This document shows, in pieces, positions 1 through 14,507 of a stretch of 64,000 nucleotides of DNA (positions are counted from its first letter, which is position 1; every line of letters starts with the position of its first letter). The position numbers and the translations under genes are program-made. The notes under the pieces were generated by a model that made no database searches, was not told where the DNA came from, and saw only the letters and a list, made by a program, of their open reading frames with translations. Source of the stretch: Dendrobates tinctorius (taxonomy: Eukaryota); the NCBI RefSeq assembly GCF_039654945.1, contig NW_027361709.1, forward strand, positions 6,386,001 to 6,450,000, in the 5' to 3' direction.

Positions 1-3000
1 CTCCCTATGTACAAGAATATAACTACTATAATACTGCTCCTATGTACAAGAATATAACTGCTATAATACTGCCCCTATGTACAAGAATATAACTACTTTA
101 ATACTGCCCCTATGTACAAGAATATAACTACTATAATACTGCCCCTATATACAAGAATATATCTACTATAATACTGCTCCTATGTACAAGATGATAACTA
201 CTATAATACTGCTCCTATGTACAAGAGTATAACTACTATAATACTGCCCCTATATACAAGAATATAACTACTATAATACTGCCCCTATGTACAAGAATAT
301 AACTGCTATAATACTGCCCCTATGTACAAGAATATAACTACTTTAATACTGCACCTATGTACAAGAATATAACTACTATAATACTGCCCCTATGTACAAG
401 AATATAACTACTTTAATACTGAACCTATGTACAAGAATATAACTACTATAATACTGCCTATATATACAAGAATATATCTACTATAATACTGCTCCTATGT
501 ACAAGATGATAACTACTATAATACTGCTCCTATGTACAAGAGTATAACTACTATAATACTGCCCCCTATGTGCAAGAATATAACTACTATAATACTTCCC
601 CCTATGTACAAGAATATAACTACTATAATACTACCCCTATGTACAAGAATACAACTATTATAATACTGCCCCCTATGTACAAGAATATAACTACTATAAT
701 ACTGCTCCCTATGTACAAGAATATAACTACTATAATACTGCTCCCTATGTACAAGAATATAACTACTATAATACTGCTCCTATGTACAAGAATATAACTG
801 CTATAATACTGCCCCTATGTACAAGAATATAACTACTTTAATACTGCCCCTATGTACAAGAATATAACTACTATAATACTGCCCCTATATACAAGACTAT
901 ATCTACTATAATACTGCTCCTATGTACAAGATGATAACTACTATAATACTGCTCCTATGTACAAGAGTATAACTACTATAATACTGCCCCCTATATACAA
1001 GAATATAACTACTATAATACTGCCCCTATGTACAAGAATATAACTAATATAACTGCTATAATACTGCCCCTATGTACAAGAATATAACTACTTTAATACT
1101 GCACCTATGTACAAGAATATAACTACTATAATACTGCCCCTATATACAAGAATATATCTACTATAATACTGCTCCTATGTACAATAATATAACTGCTATA
1201 ATACTGCCCCTATGTACAAGAATATAACTACTATAATACTGCCCCTATATACAAGAATATATCTACTATAATACTGCTTCTATGTACAAGAATATAACTG
1301 CTATAATACTGCCCCTATGTACAAGAATATAACTACTATAATACTACCCCTATGTACAAGAATATAACTACTATAATACTACCCCTATGTACAAGAATAC
1401 AACTATTATAATACTGCCCCCTATGTACAAGAATATAACTACTATAATACTGCCCCTATGTGCAAGAATATAACTACTATAATACTTCCCCCTATGTACA
1501 AGAATATAACTACTATAATACTACCCCTATGTACAAGAATACAACTATTATAATACTGCCCCCTATGTACAAGAATATAACTACTATAATACTGCCCCTA
1601 TGTGCAAGAATATAACTACTATAATACTTCCCCCTATGTACAAGAATATAACTACTATAATACTACCCCTATGTACAAGAATACAACTATTATAATACTG
1701 CCCCCTATGTACAAGAATATAACTACTATAATACTGCTCCCTATGTACAAGAATATAACTACTATAATACTGCTCCTATGTACAAGAATATAACTGCTAT
1801 AATACTGCCCCTATGTACAAGAATATAACTACTTTAATACTGCCCCTATGTACAAGAATATAACTACTATAATACTGCCCCTATATACAAGAATATATCT
1901 ACTATAATACTGCTCCTATGTACAAGATGATAACTACTATAATACTGCTCCTATGTACAAGAGTATAACTACTATAATACTGCCCCCTATATACAAGAAT
2001 ATAACTACTATAATACTGCCCCTATGTACAAGAATATAACTGCTATAATACTGCCCCTATGTACAAGAATATAACTACTTTAATACTGCACCTATGTACA
2101 AGAATATAACTACTATAATACTGCCCCTATGTACAAGAATATAACTACTTTAATACTGAACCTATGTACAAGAATATAACTACTATAATACTGCCTCTAT
2201 ATACAAGAATATATCTACTATAATACTGCTCCTATGTACAAGATGATAACTACTATAATACTGCTCCTATGTACAAGAGTATAACTACTATAATACTGCC
2301 CCCTATGTGCAAGAATATAACTACTATAATACTTCCCCCTATGTACAAGAATATAACTACTATAATACTACCCCTATGTACAAGAATACAACTATTATAA
2401 TACTGCCCCCTATGTACAAGAATATAACTACTATAATACTGCTCCCTATGTACAAGAATATAACTACTATAATACTGCTCCCTATGTACAAGAATATAAC
2501 TACTATAATACTGCTCCTATGTACAAGAATATAACTGCTATAATACTGCCCCTATGTACAAGAATATAACTACTTTAATACTGCCCCTATGTACAAGAAT
2601 ATAACTACTATAATACTGCCCCTATATACAAGACTATATCTACTATAATACTGCTCCTATGTACAAGATGATAACTACTATAATACTGCTCCTATGTACA
2701 AGAGTATAACTACTATAATACTGCCCCCTATATACAAGAATATAACTACTATAATACTGCCCCTATGTACAAGAATATAACTAATATAACTGCTATAATA
2801 CTGCCCCTATGTACAAGAATATAACTACTTTAATACTGCACCTATGTACAAGAATATAACTACTATAATACTGCCCCTATATACAAGAATATATCTACTA
2901 TAATACTGCTCCTATGTACAATAATATAACTGCTATAATACTGCCCCTATGTACAAGAATATAACTACTATAATACTGCCCCTATATACAAGAATATATC

Positions 3001-4043
3001 TACTATAATACTGCTTCTATGTACAAGAATATAACTGCTATAATACTGCCCCTATGTACAAGAATATAACTACTTTAATACTGCACCTATGTACAAGAAT
3101 ATAACTACTATAATACTGCCCCTATATACAAGAATATATCTACTATAATACTGCTCCTATGTACAAGATGATAACTACTATAATACTGCTCCTATGTACA
3201 AGAGTATAACTACTATAATACTGCCCCCTATATACAAGAATATAACTACTATAATACTGCCCCTATGTACAAGAATATAACTGCTATAATACTGCCCCTA
3301 TGTACAAGAATATAACTACTTTAATACTGCACCTATGTACAAGAATATAACTACTATAATACTGCCCCTATGTACAAGAATATAACTACTTTAATACTGA
3401 ACCTATGTACAAGAATATAACTACTATAATACTGCCTCTATATACAAGAATATATCTACTATAATACTGCTCCTATGTACAAGATGATAACTACTATAAT
3501 ACTGCTCCTATGTACAAGAGTATAACTACTATAATACTGCCCCCTATGTGCAAGAATATAACTACTATAATACTTCCCCCTATGTACAAGAATATAACTA
3601 CTATAATACTACCCCTATGTACAAGAATACAACTATTATAATACTGCCCCCTATGTACAAGAATATAACTACTACAATACTGCTCCCTATGTACAAGAAT
3701 ATAACTACTATAATACTGCCCCCTATGTACAAGAATATAACTGCTATAATACTGCCCCTATGTACAAGAATATAACTACTTTAATACTGCACCTATGTAC
3801 AAGAATATAACTACTATAATACTGCCCCTATGTACAAGAATACAACTATTATAATACTGCCCCCTATGTACAGGAATATAACTACTATAATACTACCCCT
3901 ATGTACAAGAATACAACTATTATAATACTGCCCCCTATGTACAAGAATATAACTACTATAATACTACCCCTATGTACAAGAATACAACTATTATAATACT
4001 GCCCCTATATACAAGAATATATCTACTATAATACTGCTTCTAT
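1..4043. repeat. 35/36-bp AT-rich satellite (tatgtacaagaatataactactataatactgcccc[c]), left block
   Basis: Direct reading; >110 units; higher-order duplication of 1737 bp. Confidence 0.98.
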
Positions 4044-4352
4044 AATAATAATAATAATCTTTATTTATATAGCGCCAACATATTCCGCAGCGCTTTACAG
4101 TTTAACAGTTTCAAAACATAAGTCATAAGTAACAACGCTAACAATGCAATAATTAAAGCAAAATAAGACGAAATGAGACGACCCTGCTCGTGAGAGCGTA
4201 CAATCTACAATGAGGTGAGGGAGATACAGAGTACAGGTGTGTATTTACAATGGTGTATTTACAATGAAGGTCCAGCCATCTTGCGGGAGTGAAGGATGGA
4301 TGGAGATAGTGAATGGGCTACACACGCACACTTACACAGAGAATGACTTTGA

Positions 4353-7300
4353 TTAGGGAATGTGATAGGCCGCTCTGAACAGGTGTGTTTTGAGGGAGCG
4401 CCTAAAACTATGCAAATTGTGGATAGTCCTGATTTCTTGGGGTAGAGCATTCCAGAGGATAGGAGCAGCACGGGAGAAGTCTTGGAGTCGGGAGTGGGAG
4501 GTACGGATTAGTGCAGAGGTTAGTCGAAAGTCGTTTGCAGAGCGCAGCGATCGGCTAGGCCGATAGACAGAAATGAGAGAAGAGATGTAAGGGGGTGCCG
4601 CACTGTGGAGAGCTTTGTGGGTGAGAACAAGTACTTTGAATTGGATCCTATAATGAATGGGCAGCCAGTGTAAGGACTGGCGAAGAGCGGACGCGTCCGA
4701 GTACCGATTACCCAGATGGACGATCCTGGCTGCTGCATTGAGTATGGACTGGAGAGGGGATAGTCGAGTGACGGGGAGGCCAATTAATAGAGCGTTGCAG
4801 TAATCCAGGCGAGAGTGGATCAATGCAACAGTGAGGGTTTTTGTTGTTTCCATAGTGAGAAAAGGGCGGATTCTAGAGATGTTCTTTAGGTGTAAGCGGC
4901 AAGAGCGGGCAAGGGATTGTATATGGGATGTAAAGGAGAGATTGGTGTCAAACATAACACCCAGACAGCGCACCTGCTGCCGGGGTGTTATTGTGGTACC
5001 ACCCACGGAGAAGGAAATGTCAGATTTAGGGAGGTTAGTAGACGGCGGGAGCAGAAGAAGTTCAGTTTTGGAGAGGTTGAGTTTCAGATAGAGAGCGGAC
5101 ATGATATTGGAGACTGCGGACAGACAGTCACTGGCGTTCTGTAGTACAGCGGGGGTAAGGTCGGGGGAAGACGTGTATAGTTGTGTGTCATCAACATAAA
5201 TATGGTACTGAAAGCCAAATCTGCTGATGGTCTGTCCAATTGGGGCCGTGTAGAGAGAGAAAAGAAGGGGGCCAAGGACTGAGCCCTGAGGTACCCCGAC
5301 AGCAAGAGGAAGAGGAGATGACGTGGAGCCAGAGAACAAAACACTGAAGGAGCGGTCAGAGAGATAGGAAGAGAACCAGGAGGAGAGTGCACTGTGCTTA
5401 ATGCCTAGTGACTGGAGCCTAGAGAGTAGGAGATGGTGGTCAACAGTATCGAAAGCTGCAGATAGGTCAAGAAGAATGAGCAGAGAGTGGTCACCGTTTT
5501 GCTGTCAGAAGGTCATTGGTCACTTTGATGAGTGCAGTTTCAGTCGAATGTAGGGGGCGGAAGCCGGACTGTGAAGGGTCTAGAAGGGAGTGAATGGAGA
5601 GGTAACGGGTAAGGCGGGAGTAAACTAGGCGTTCCAAAAGTTTAGAGATGAAGGGGAGATTGGAGACTGGTCTGTAGTTGTTTGTGCAGGATGGGTCGAG
5701 AGCAGGTTTCTTTAGTAGTGGAGTAACGATGGCGTGTTTGAAGGAGGATGGGAAAATGCCCGAGGAGAGGGAGAGATTAAAGATTGTAGTTAGGTGGGTT
5801 GTGACGACTGGAGAGAGAGACTGGAGGAGATGTGAGGGAATGGGGTCGGTAGTGCATGTAGTCGGACGAGAAGAAGAGAGGAGTCTGGAGACTTCTTCTT
5901 CTGTTATGGGATCAAATGTGGAGAGTGAGCCAGGGGAGATGTAGGAAGGGATGGGAGTCACAGCACTTGGTGGTTGGGAGCAGATTTCTTGACCGATATT
6001 ATCTATTTTTTCTGTAAAGTGGGAGGCCAGGTCATCAGCACAAATGTCTGTGATAGGGGCTTGTGCTTTTGGCCTGAGGAGGGAGTGAAAAGTGTCAAAA
6101 AGTTTCTTGGGGTTGTTGGCTAGTGAGGAGATCAGGGTGGTGAAGTAGGTCTGTTTGGCAAGGTGAAGGGCAGCGTTATAGGTTCTTAACATAAATTTGA
6201 AGTGGATGAAGTCTTCTGGTGTGCGGGTTTTTCTCCATAGGCGTTCAGCACTCCTGGAGCATCGCTGGAGAAGTTGAGTTTGCGATGTGAGCCAGGGCTC
6301 TTTAACTCTGTGTTTGGAGGTTCTGAGGGTGAGGGGAGCTACTTGGTCAAGGGTGCTTCTAAGAGTGTCATTGTAGTGATGAACAGCCAGATTAGGACAG
6401 GAAAGAGAGGAGATTGGGGACAGAGATGAGTGTAGGGAATCTGAAAGTGTCTGAGGGTTAATAGCTTGTAGATTTCTGACTGTGTGGTAGGTAGGAATGA
6501 GCTGGGGTGGGCGAGGATTTGTGAGCGTGAAGGAGAGAATGTTGTGGTCAGAGAGTGGAAGCGGTGAGTTGTTTAGGTGGGAGATTGAACAGAGCCGGCA
6601 GAAGACCAGATCAAGGGTGTTACCGTCCTTATGTGTCTCAGAGGTTGAAAGCTGTGAGAGTCCTAGAGAGGTGGTTAGTGATAGAAGCTGGGATGCAGAT
6701 GTGGAATTAGGGCTGTTAATGGGGATGTTGAAGTCTCCCAGGATGAGGGTTGGTAGTTCTGAGGACATGAAGTGTGGCAGCCAGGCTGAAAAGTGGTCAA
6801 GGAAGAGGGTGGGTGAGCCTGGGGGCCGGTATATGACCGCTACCCTGAGGGAGAGGGGACGGAAGAGCCTGATGATGTGGACCTCAAAAGAAGGGAATAA
6901 GAGTGATGGGACTGGGGGGATGACCTGGAAAGGGCATTGTGGGGACAGGAGTATGCCAACTCCACCACCAGGTCTGTTTGTGGGTCTCGGGGAGTGAGAG
7001 AATTGTAAGCCACCGTAGGAAATGGCAGCAGGAGAGACAGTGTCAGAATCCTGAATCCAGGTTTCAGTGAGGGCCAACAGATTAAGAGAGTTGTTCAGAA
7101 AGTAGTTGTGTAGGAAAGGAAGCTTGTTACAAGCAGACCGTGGATTCCAGAGGGCACAATTAAAAGATTGAGATGAGGGAGTGCAAGTAATGTTAATCAG
7201 ATTATTGTGGTTTCGATATGAGGTAGGGTAGGGGTCGAGGTTGGGGGATGGTGGACCAGGGTTGGGGGAGATGTCCCCTGAAATCAGTAGGAGAAGGAAG

Positions 7301-7410
7301 ATAAAGAGCCAATAGTTGTTGGAATTGTAAGTAGTTTTTTTCTGCGATGTGTTTGGGCAAGATGGGCTGAGGTTTCTCAGGAAGGTGAGGAGTGTGTGGG
7401 AGCTGTACAT
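4353..7410 (-). pseudogene. L2 ORF2 (2A-like peptide-APE-RT) with a single frameshift near 5495
   Basis: ORFs 5491-7410 and 4353-5339 join into one polyprotein across one frameshift ([26 protein letters not shown]). Confidence 0.88.
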
Positions 7411-7938
7411 GGGAGAGGGAAGTATAGAGGGGCTGATGTGTATGAGTCGTGATGGAGGGGGGATAGGGTGATGAATGTGGATGGCAAGGGAACACAGGAT
7501 AAAAATAAAAGCACATGGTTAAAGGGGAAGGCAAGGTGTGCCATGTATAACTGCCGTTTTGCTGGATGCTTATCTTCTGTGATGCTTTGCTTATGGGATG
7601 CTTGCGTGCTGTACCCCACACTGCGTGCTTCCCCTTAGCAACTACTACATATATAGGCCACACTACAGGGTCAGGAGAGAGGGATTGTGGGAGATGGTTG
7701 GGTATAATTTGGCAGCTGGGGCCAGCACACCAGGGGATGGTTAGATGATCAAAGGCACTAGACCAAGATGTGGCAAAATGCTATAGCACCTTCCACCTGA
7801 TAAGATCTAGAAAGGCCCCAGTCACAGATCTAAAGCAGTAAGTATTACATACAGTGCAACAAATGAATTATACCAAAGCTTTAGCAAGCACATTTAAATA
7901 TGCAGCAAAATGGTCAAGCAGCAGAAGTATGGAGTTGT

Positions 7939-8289
7939 ACCATTTGGATATATTACAGCAGAGAAATAGAGGCAGCAGAGGTGGGAAGTTGTATCATTCA
8001 GGCTGCTTGCTGGCAGTGAATGGAGTAAATACATGCAGGGTGGCTCAGTTGATTACCATTTGGATATATTACAGCAGAGAAATAGAGGCAGCAGAGGTGG
8101 GAAGTTGTATCATTCAGGCTGCTTGCTGGCAGTGAATGGAGTAAATACATGCAGGGTGGCTCAGTTGATTACCATTTGGATATATTACAGCAGAGAAATA
8201 GAGGCAGCAGAGGTGGGAAGTTGTATCATTCAGGCTGCTTGCTGGCAGTGAATGGAGTAAATACATGCAGGGTGGCTCAGTTGATTACC
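7939..8289. repeat. 3 x 116-bp near-perfect tandem repeat in the L2 5' region
   Basis: Unit starts 'accatttggatatattac' at 7939, 8055 and 8171. Confidence 0.95.
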
Positions 8290-8402
8290 TGTGTGAAGAG
8301 AGAAGATGAATGTTAATTCCATGCCATGTATAACTGCCGTTTTGCTGGATGCTTATCTTCTGTGATGCTTTGCTTATGGGATGCTTGCGTGCTGTACCCC
8401 AC

Positions 8403-11400
8403 ACTGCTTCTATGTACAAGAATATAACTGCTATAATACTGCCCCTATGTACAAGAATATAACTACTTTAATACTGCACCTATGTACAAGAATATAACTA
8501 CTATAATACTGCCCCTATATACAAGAATATATCTACTATAATACTGCTCCAATGTACAAGATGATAACTACTATAATACTGCTCCTATGTACAAGAGTAT
8601 AACTACTATAATACTGCCCCCTATATACAAGAATATAACTACTATAATACTGCCCCCTATATACAAGAATATAACTACTATAATACTGCTCCTATGTACA
8701 AGAATATAACTGCTATAATACTGCTCCTATGTACAAGAATATAACTACTTTAATACTGTACCTATGTACAAGAATATAACTACTATAATACTGCCCCTAT
8801 ATACAAGAATATATCTACTATAATACTGCTCCTATGTACAATAATATAACTGCTATAATACTGCCCCTATGTACAAAAATATAACTACTTCAATACTGCA
8901 CCTATGTACAAGAATATAACTACTATAATACTGCCCCTATATACAAGAATATATCTACTATAATACTGCTCCTATGTACAAGATAACTACTATAATACTG
9001 CTCCTATGTACAAGAATACAACTATTATAATACTGCCCCCTATGTACAAGAATATAACTACTATAATACTGCTCCCTATGTACAAGAATATAACTACTAT
9101 AATACTGCCCCTATGTACAAGAATACAACTATTATAATACTGCCCCCTATGTACAAGAATATAACTACTATAATACTGCTCCCTATGTACAAGAATATAA
9201 CTACTATAATACTGCCCCTATGTACAAGAATATAACTACTATAATACTGCCCCTATGTACAAGAATACAACTATTATAATACTGCCCCCTATGTACAAGA
9301 ATATAACTACTATAATACTGCTCCCTATGTACAAGAATATAACTACTATAATACTGCTCCTATGTACAAGAATATAACTACTATAATACTGCCCCTATGT
9401 ACAGGAATATAACTACTATAATACTGCTCCCTATGTACAAGAATATAACTACTATAATACTGCCCCCTATGTACAAGAATATAACTACTATAATACTGCC
9501 CCCTATGTACAAGAATATAACTTCTATAATACTGCCCCCTATGTACAAGAATATAACTACTATAATACTGCCCCCTATGTACAAGAATATAACTACTATA
9601 ATACTGCCCCTATGTACAAGAATATAACTACTATAATACTGCCCCCTATGTACAAGAATATAACTACTATAATACTGCCCCTATATACAGGAATATAACT
9701 ACTATAATACTGCCCCCTATGTACAAGAATATAACTACTATAATACTGCCCCTATGCACAAGACTATAACTACTAAAAATACTGCTCCCTATGTACAAGA
9801 ATATAACTACTATAATACTGCCCCCTATGTACAAGAATATAACTACTATAATACTGCCCCCTATGTACAAGAATATAACTACTATAATACTGCCCCCTAT
9901 GTACAAGAATATAACTACTATAATACTGCCCCTATGTACAAGAATATAACTACTATAATACTGCCCCTATGTACAGGAATATAACTACTATAATACTGCT
10001 CCTTATGTACAAGAATATAACTACTATAATACTGCCCCCTATGTACAGGAATATAACTACTATAATACTGCCCCTATGTACAAGAATATAACTACTATAA
10101 TTACTGCCCCTATGTACAAGAATATAACTACTATAATACTGCCCCCTATGTACAAGAATATAACTACTATAATACTGCCCCCTATGTACAGGAATATAAC
10201 TACTATAATACTGCCCCCTATGTACAAGAATACAACTATTATAATACTGCCCCCTATGTACAAGAATATAACTACTATAATACTGCTCCCTATGTACAAG
10301 AATATAACTACTATAATACTGCCCCTATGTACAAGAATACAACTATTATAATACTGCCCCCTATGTACAAGAATATAACTACTATAATACTGCTCCCTAT
10401 GTACAAGAATATAACTACTATAATACTGCCCCTATGTACAAGAATATAACTACTATAATACTGCCCCTATGTACAAGAATACAACTATTATAATACTGCC
10501 CCCTATGTACAAGAATATAACTACTATAATACTGCTCCCTATGTACAAGAATATAACTACTATAATACTGCTCCTATGTACAAGAATATAACTACTATAA
10601 TACTGCCCCTATGTACAGGAATATAACTACTATAATACTGCTCCCTATGTACAAGAATATAACTACTATAATACTGCCCCCTATGTACAAGAATATAACT
10701 ACTATAATACTGCCCCCTATGTACAAGAATATAACTTCTATAATACTGCCCCCTATGTACAAGAATATAACTACTATAATACTGCCCCCTATGTACAAGA
10801 ATATAACTACTATAATACTGCCCCTATGTACAAGAATATAACTACTATAATACTGCCCCCTATGTACAAGAATATAACTACTATAATACTGCCCCTATAT
10901 ACAGGAATATAACTACTATAATACTGCCCCCTATGTACAAGAATATAACTACTATAATACTGCCCCTATGCACAAGACTATAACTACTAAAAATACTGCT
11001 CCCTATGTACAAGAATATATCTACTATAATACTGCCCCCTATGTACAAGAATATAACTACTATAATACTGCCCCCTATGTACAAGAATATAACTACTATA
11101 ATACTGCCCCCTATGTACAAGAATATAACTACTATAATACTGCCCCTATGTACAAGAATATAACTACTATAATACTGCCCCTATGTACAGGAATATAACT
11201 ACTATAATACTGCTCCTTATGTACAAGAATATAACTACTATAATACTGCCCCCTATGTACAGGAATATAACTACTATAATACTGCCCCTATGTACAAGAA
11301 TATAACTACTATAATTACTGCCCCTATGTACAAGAATATAACTACTATAATACTGCCCCCTATGTACAAGAATATAACTACTATAATACTGCCCCCTATG

Positions 11401-11860
11401 TACAGGAATATAACTACTATAATACTGCCCCCTATGTACAAGAATATAACTACTATAATACTGCCCCCTATGTACAGGAATATAACTACTATAATACTGC
11501 TCCCTATGTACAAGAATATAACTACTATAATACTGCTCCCTATGTACAAGAATATAACTACTATAATACTGCCCCTATGTACAAGAATATGACTACTATA
11601 ATACTGCCCCCTATGTACAAGAATATAACTACTATAATACTGCCCCCTATGTACAAGAATATAACTACTATAATACTGCTCCTATGTACAAGAATATAAC
11701 TACTATAATACTGCCCCCTATGTACAAGAATATAACTACTATAATACTGCTCCTATGTACAAGAATATAACTACTATAATACTGCCCCCTATATACAAGA
11801 ATATAACTACTATAATAGTGCTCCTATGTACAAGAATATAACTACTATAATACTGCCCTA
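8403..11860. repeat. Same 35/36-bp satellite, continuation after the L2 insertion
   Basis: Direct reading; contains a 1214-bp internal duplication. Confidence 0.98.
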
Positions 11861-12475
11861 TGTTGGCTGTGATGCGTAGTATACCGCTTAGCGCTGGATG
11901 ATTTGGGCCGGGTTTTTCTCTCGTGTGGTCTGGTCTGAATACAATAGGACGGACGTCGGACCCATAAAAAGTCTTCTCTTGCCATGTACATACAGACCAT
12001 ACACAATGGTCTCCGGGTGGCCGCTCTGCTGGGAATCCTGTGCTCTGCGCGGTTTATCGCTCGTCATTGTGTGCGCTGTTGCTGGTCAAACACTGAGCGG
12101 AGATGACTGTTGGCTTCCTCAGAGCTGTGCACACATTGGGGGTCTGTCGGGGCCACGGTGGGCGGCATAAATGTTGCGAGAAATGACCGGAATGTAGTCA
12201 CGTTGTCAGCTGGGAAAACATTTGGACAATGGGGGCAAAGATGGCGCCATAAGCCACAGCGCCCCGGCCAAACGCAAGCGGCAAAGTCCTCGGCTGCAGT
12301 ATGGACACACATACAGATAAGCGGATTGTGGGCGCATTGACCCCATATTATAGAACTGTTCTAAAGATCCCAAGTATTATCACAAGCTTTTTTTTTTTTT
12401 AAATATTTTTCTATAGAAAACCTTTGAAAAATAAATTCTAAAAAGCAGTTTACAATCTGGAGAGTGTGAATCCAT

Positions 12476-14507
12476 CCAACCACAGAGCTCCGAGCTGACG
12501 ATCTGGCCAATTACTTCAAAGAAAAAGTTGACCAGATCCGACAGGAAATTATCTCCCAATCCCCTCATACCATGCACTGTCCTCCCTCCCCCACTGCATC
12601 TAGCTCACTCTCTGATTTTGAACCAGTCACAGAAGAAGTAAGCAGGCTCCTTGCATCTTCTCGCCCAACCACTTGCACCAGTGACCCATTTCCGTCACAT
12701 CTCCTCCAACCCCTTTCCCCTGCTGTCACCCCTCACCTAACTAAAATATTTAACCTCTCTCTCTCTTCTGGTATCTTTCCCTCCTCATTTAAGCATGCCA
12801 TCATACATCCACTACTTAAAAAACCATCCCTCGACCAAAACTGTGCCGCTAACTATAGACCTGTCTCTAATCTTCCCTTCATCTCTAAACTCCTGGAACG
12901 TCTGGTCCACTCCCGTCTGATCCGCTATCGCTCTGATAACTCTCTTCTCGACCCTCTCCAATCCGGTTTCCGCTCCTTACACTCTACTGAAACTGCCCTC
13001 ACTAAAGTCTCTAATGATCTACTAACAGCTAAATCTAATGGTCATTACTCCATGCTAATTCTCTTGGATCTCTCTGCAGCATTCGACACTGGATCATCAG
13101 CTCCTCCTCACTATGCTCCGCTCCATCGGCATCAAGGACACCGCTCTCTCCTGGTTCTCCTCCTATCTCTCTGACCGCTCCTTTACTGTATCTTTTGCCG
13201 GTTCCTCCTCCTCTCATCTTCCCCTTAATGTTGGGGTTCCTCAAGGATCGGTTCTAGGCCCCCTCCTCTTCTCCTTGTACACTGCCCCTATTGGTCAAAC
13301 AATCAGTAGATTTGGTTTCCAGTACCATCTCTATGCTGATGACACCCAATTATACGCTTCTTCTCCTGACATCACGCCAGCCTTTCTAGAAAACACCGGC
13401 GATTGTCTAAACGCTGTGTCTAATATCATGTCCTCACTATATCTGAAACTGAACCTGTCAAAGACTGAACTCCTGGTGTTTCCTCCCTCTACTAATGTAC
13501 CTATACCCGACATTGCCATTTCTGTGTGTGGTTCCACTATTACTCCCCAGCAACATGCCCGCTGTCTTGGGGTCATACTTGACTCCGAGCTTTCCTTTGC
13601 CCCCCACATTCGATCACTGGCTCGCTCTTGTCATCTGCACCTCAAAAACATTTCTAGAATGCGACCTTTTCTTACTGTTTCTCTTATTCATTCTCGTCTC
13701 GACTATTGTAACTCTCTTCTAATCGGTCTCCCTCTTACCAAACTCTCCCCTCTCCAATCTGTCTTGAATGCTGCAGCCATGATCAATATTCCTCACCAAT
13801 CGTTACACAGATGCCTCTACCTTGTGCCAGTCATTACACTGGCTACCCATCCACTCCAGAATTCAGTATAAACTTATTACCCTCACCCACAAAGCCCTCC
13901 ATGGCTCAGCACCACCCTACATCTCCTCCCTTGTTTCAGTATACCACCCTACCCGCGCCCTCCGTTCTGCTGATGACCTGAGGTTAGTATCCTCAATAAT
14001 CAGAACCTCCCACTCCCGTCTCCAAGACTTTACACGTGCTGCACCAATTCTTTGGAATGCACTTCCCAGGTCAATACGATTAGTCCCCAATCCCCACAAT
14101 TTTAAGCGTGTCCTGAAAACGCATTTATTCAGACTGGCCTACCACCTCAGCACATTAACCTAATCTATCCCTGGGTGGCACAGCCAAAAGTTTTACCATA
14201 ACCAGGTTCCCAGCATCATGTTCCCACATGCTTTATGCATCCATTAGCCCTCTGTGTCTGTACTGTTACACACTTAACATTATGTCTGGTCCATACAATC
14301 AGGGCAACTGTTACCACCCACCTTTCGTGTCTCCCTCTTTCCTCATAGACTGTAAGCTTGTGAGCAGGGCCCTCATTCCTCTTGGTATCTGTTATGATCT
14401 ATGTGATTATTATTATGCTGTAATGTCTATCGTCTGTACAAATCCCCTCCGAAATGTAAAGTGCTGCGGAATATGTCAGCGCTATAGAAATAAAATTTAT
14501 TATTATA
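12476..14507 (+). mobile_element. 5'-truncated L2 LINE (RT region, degenerate)
   Basis: RT motifs [23 protein letters not shown] in several frameshifted ORFs; 3' UTR ends aataaaatttattattat. Confidence 0.92.

Larger units (their letters stand above)
4044..8402 (-). mobile_element. Near full-length L2 (CR1/L2 group) non-LTR retrotransposon inserted in the satellite
   Basis: APE endonuclease ([33 protein letters not shown]) and RT ([26 protein letters not shown]); (TAA)n tail at 4044-4058; flanking direct repeat actgcttctat at 4033-4043 and 8403-8413. Confidence 0.93.

Noticed and set aside
4520-6997. Plus-strand and alternative-frame ORFs over the L2
   Set aside because: Shadow ORFs of the RT/APE coding strand
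570-11592. Many ORFs of type MYKNITTIILPP / MQEYNYYNT / MYIGGSIIVVIFL
   Set aside because: Translations of the 35/36-bp satellite; frames shift with unit length; no splice or domain evidence
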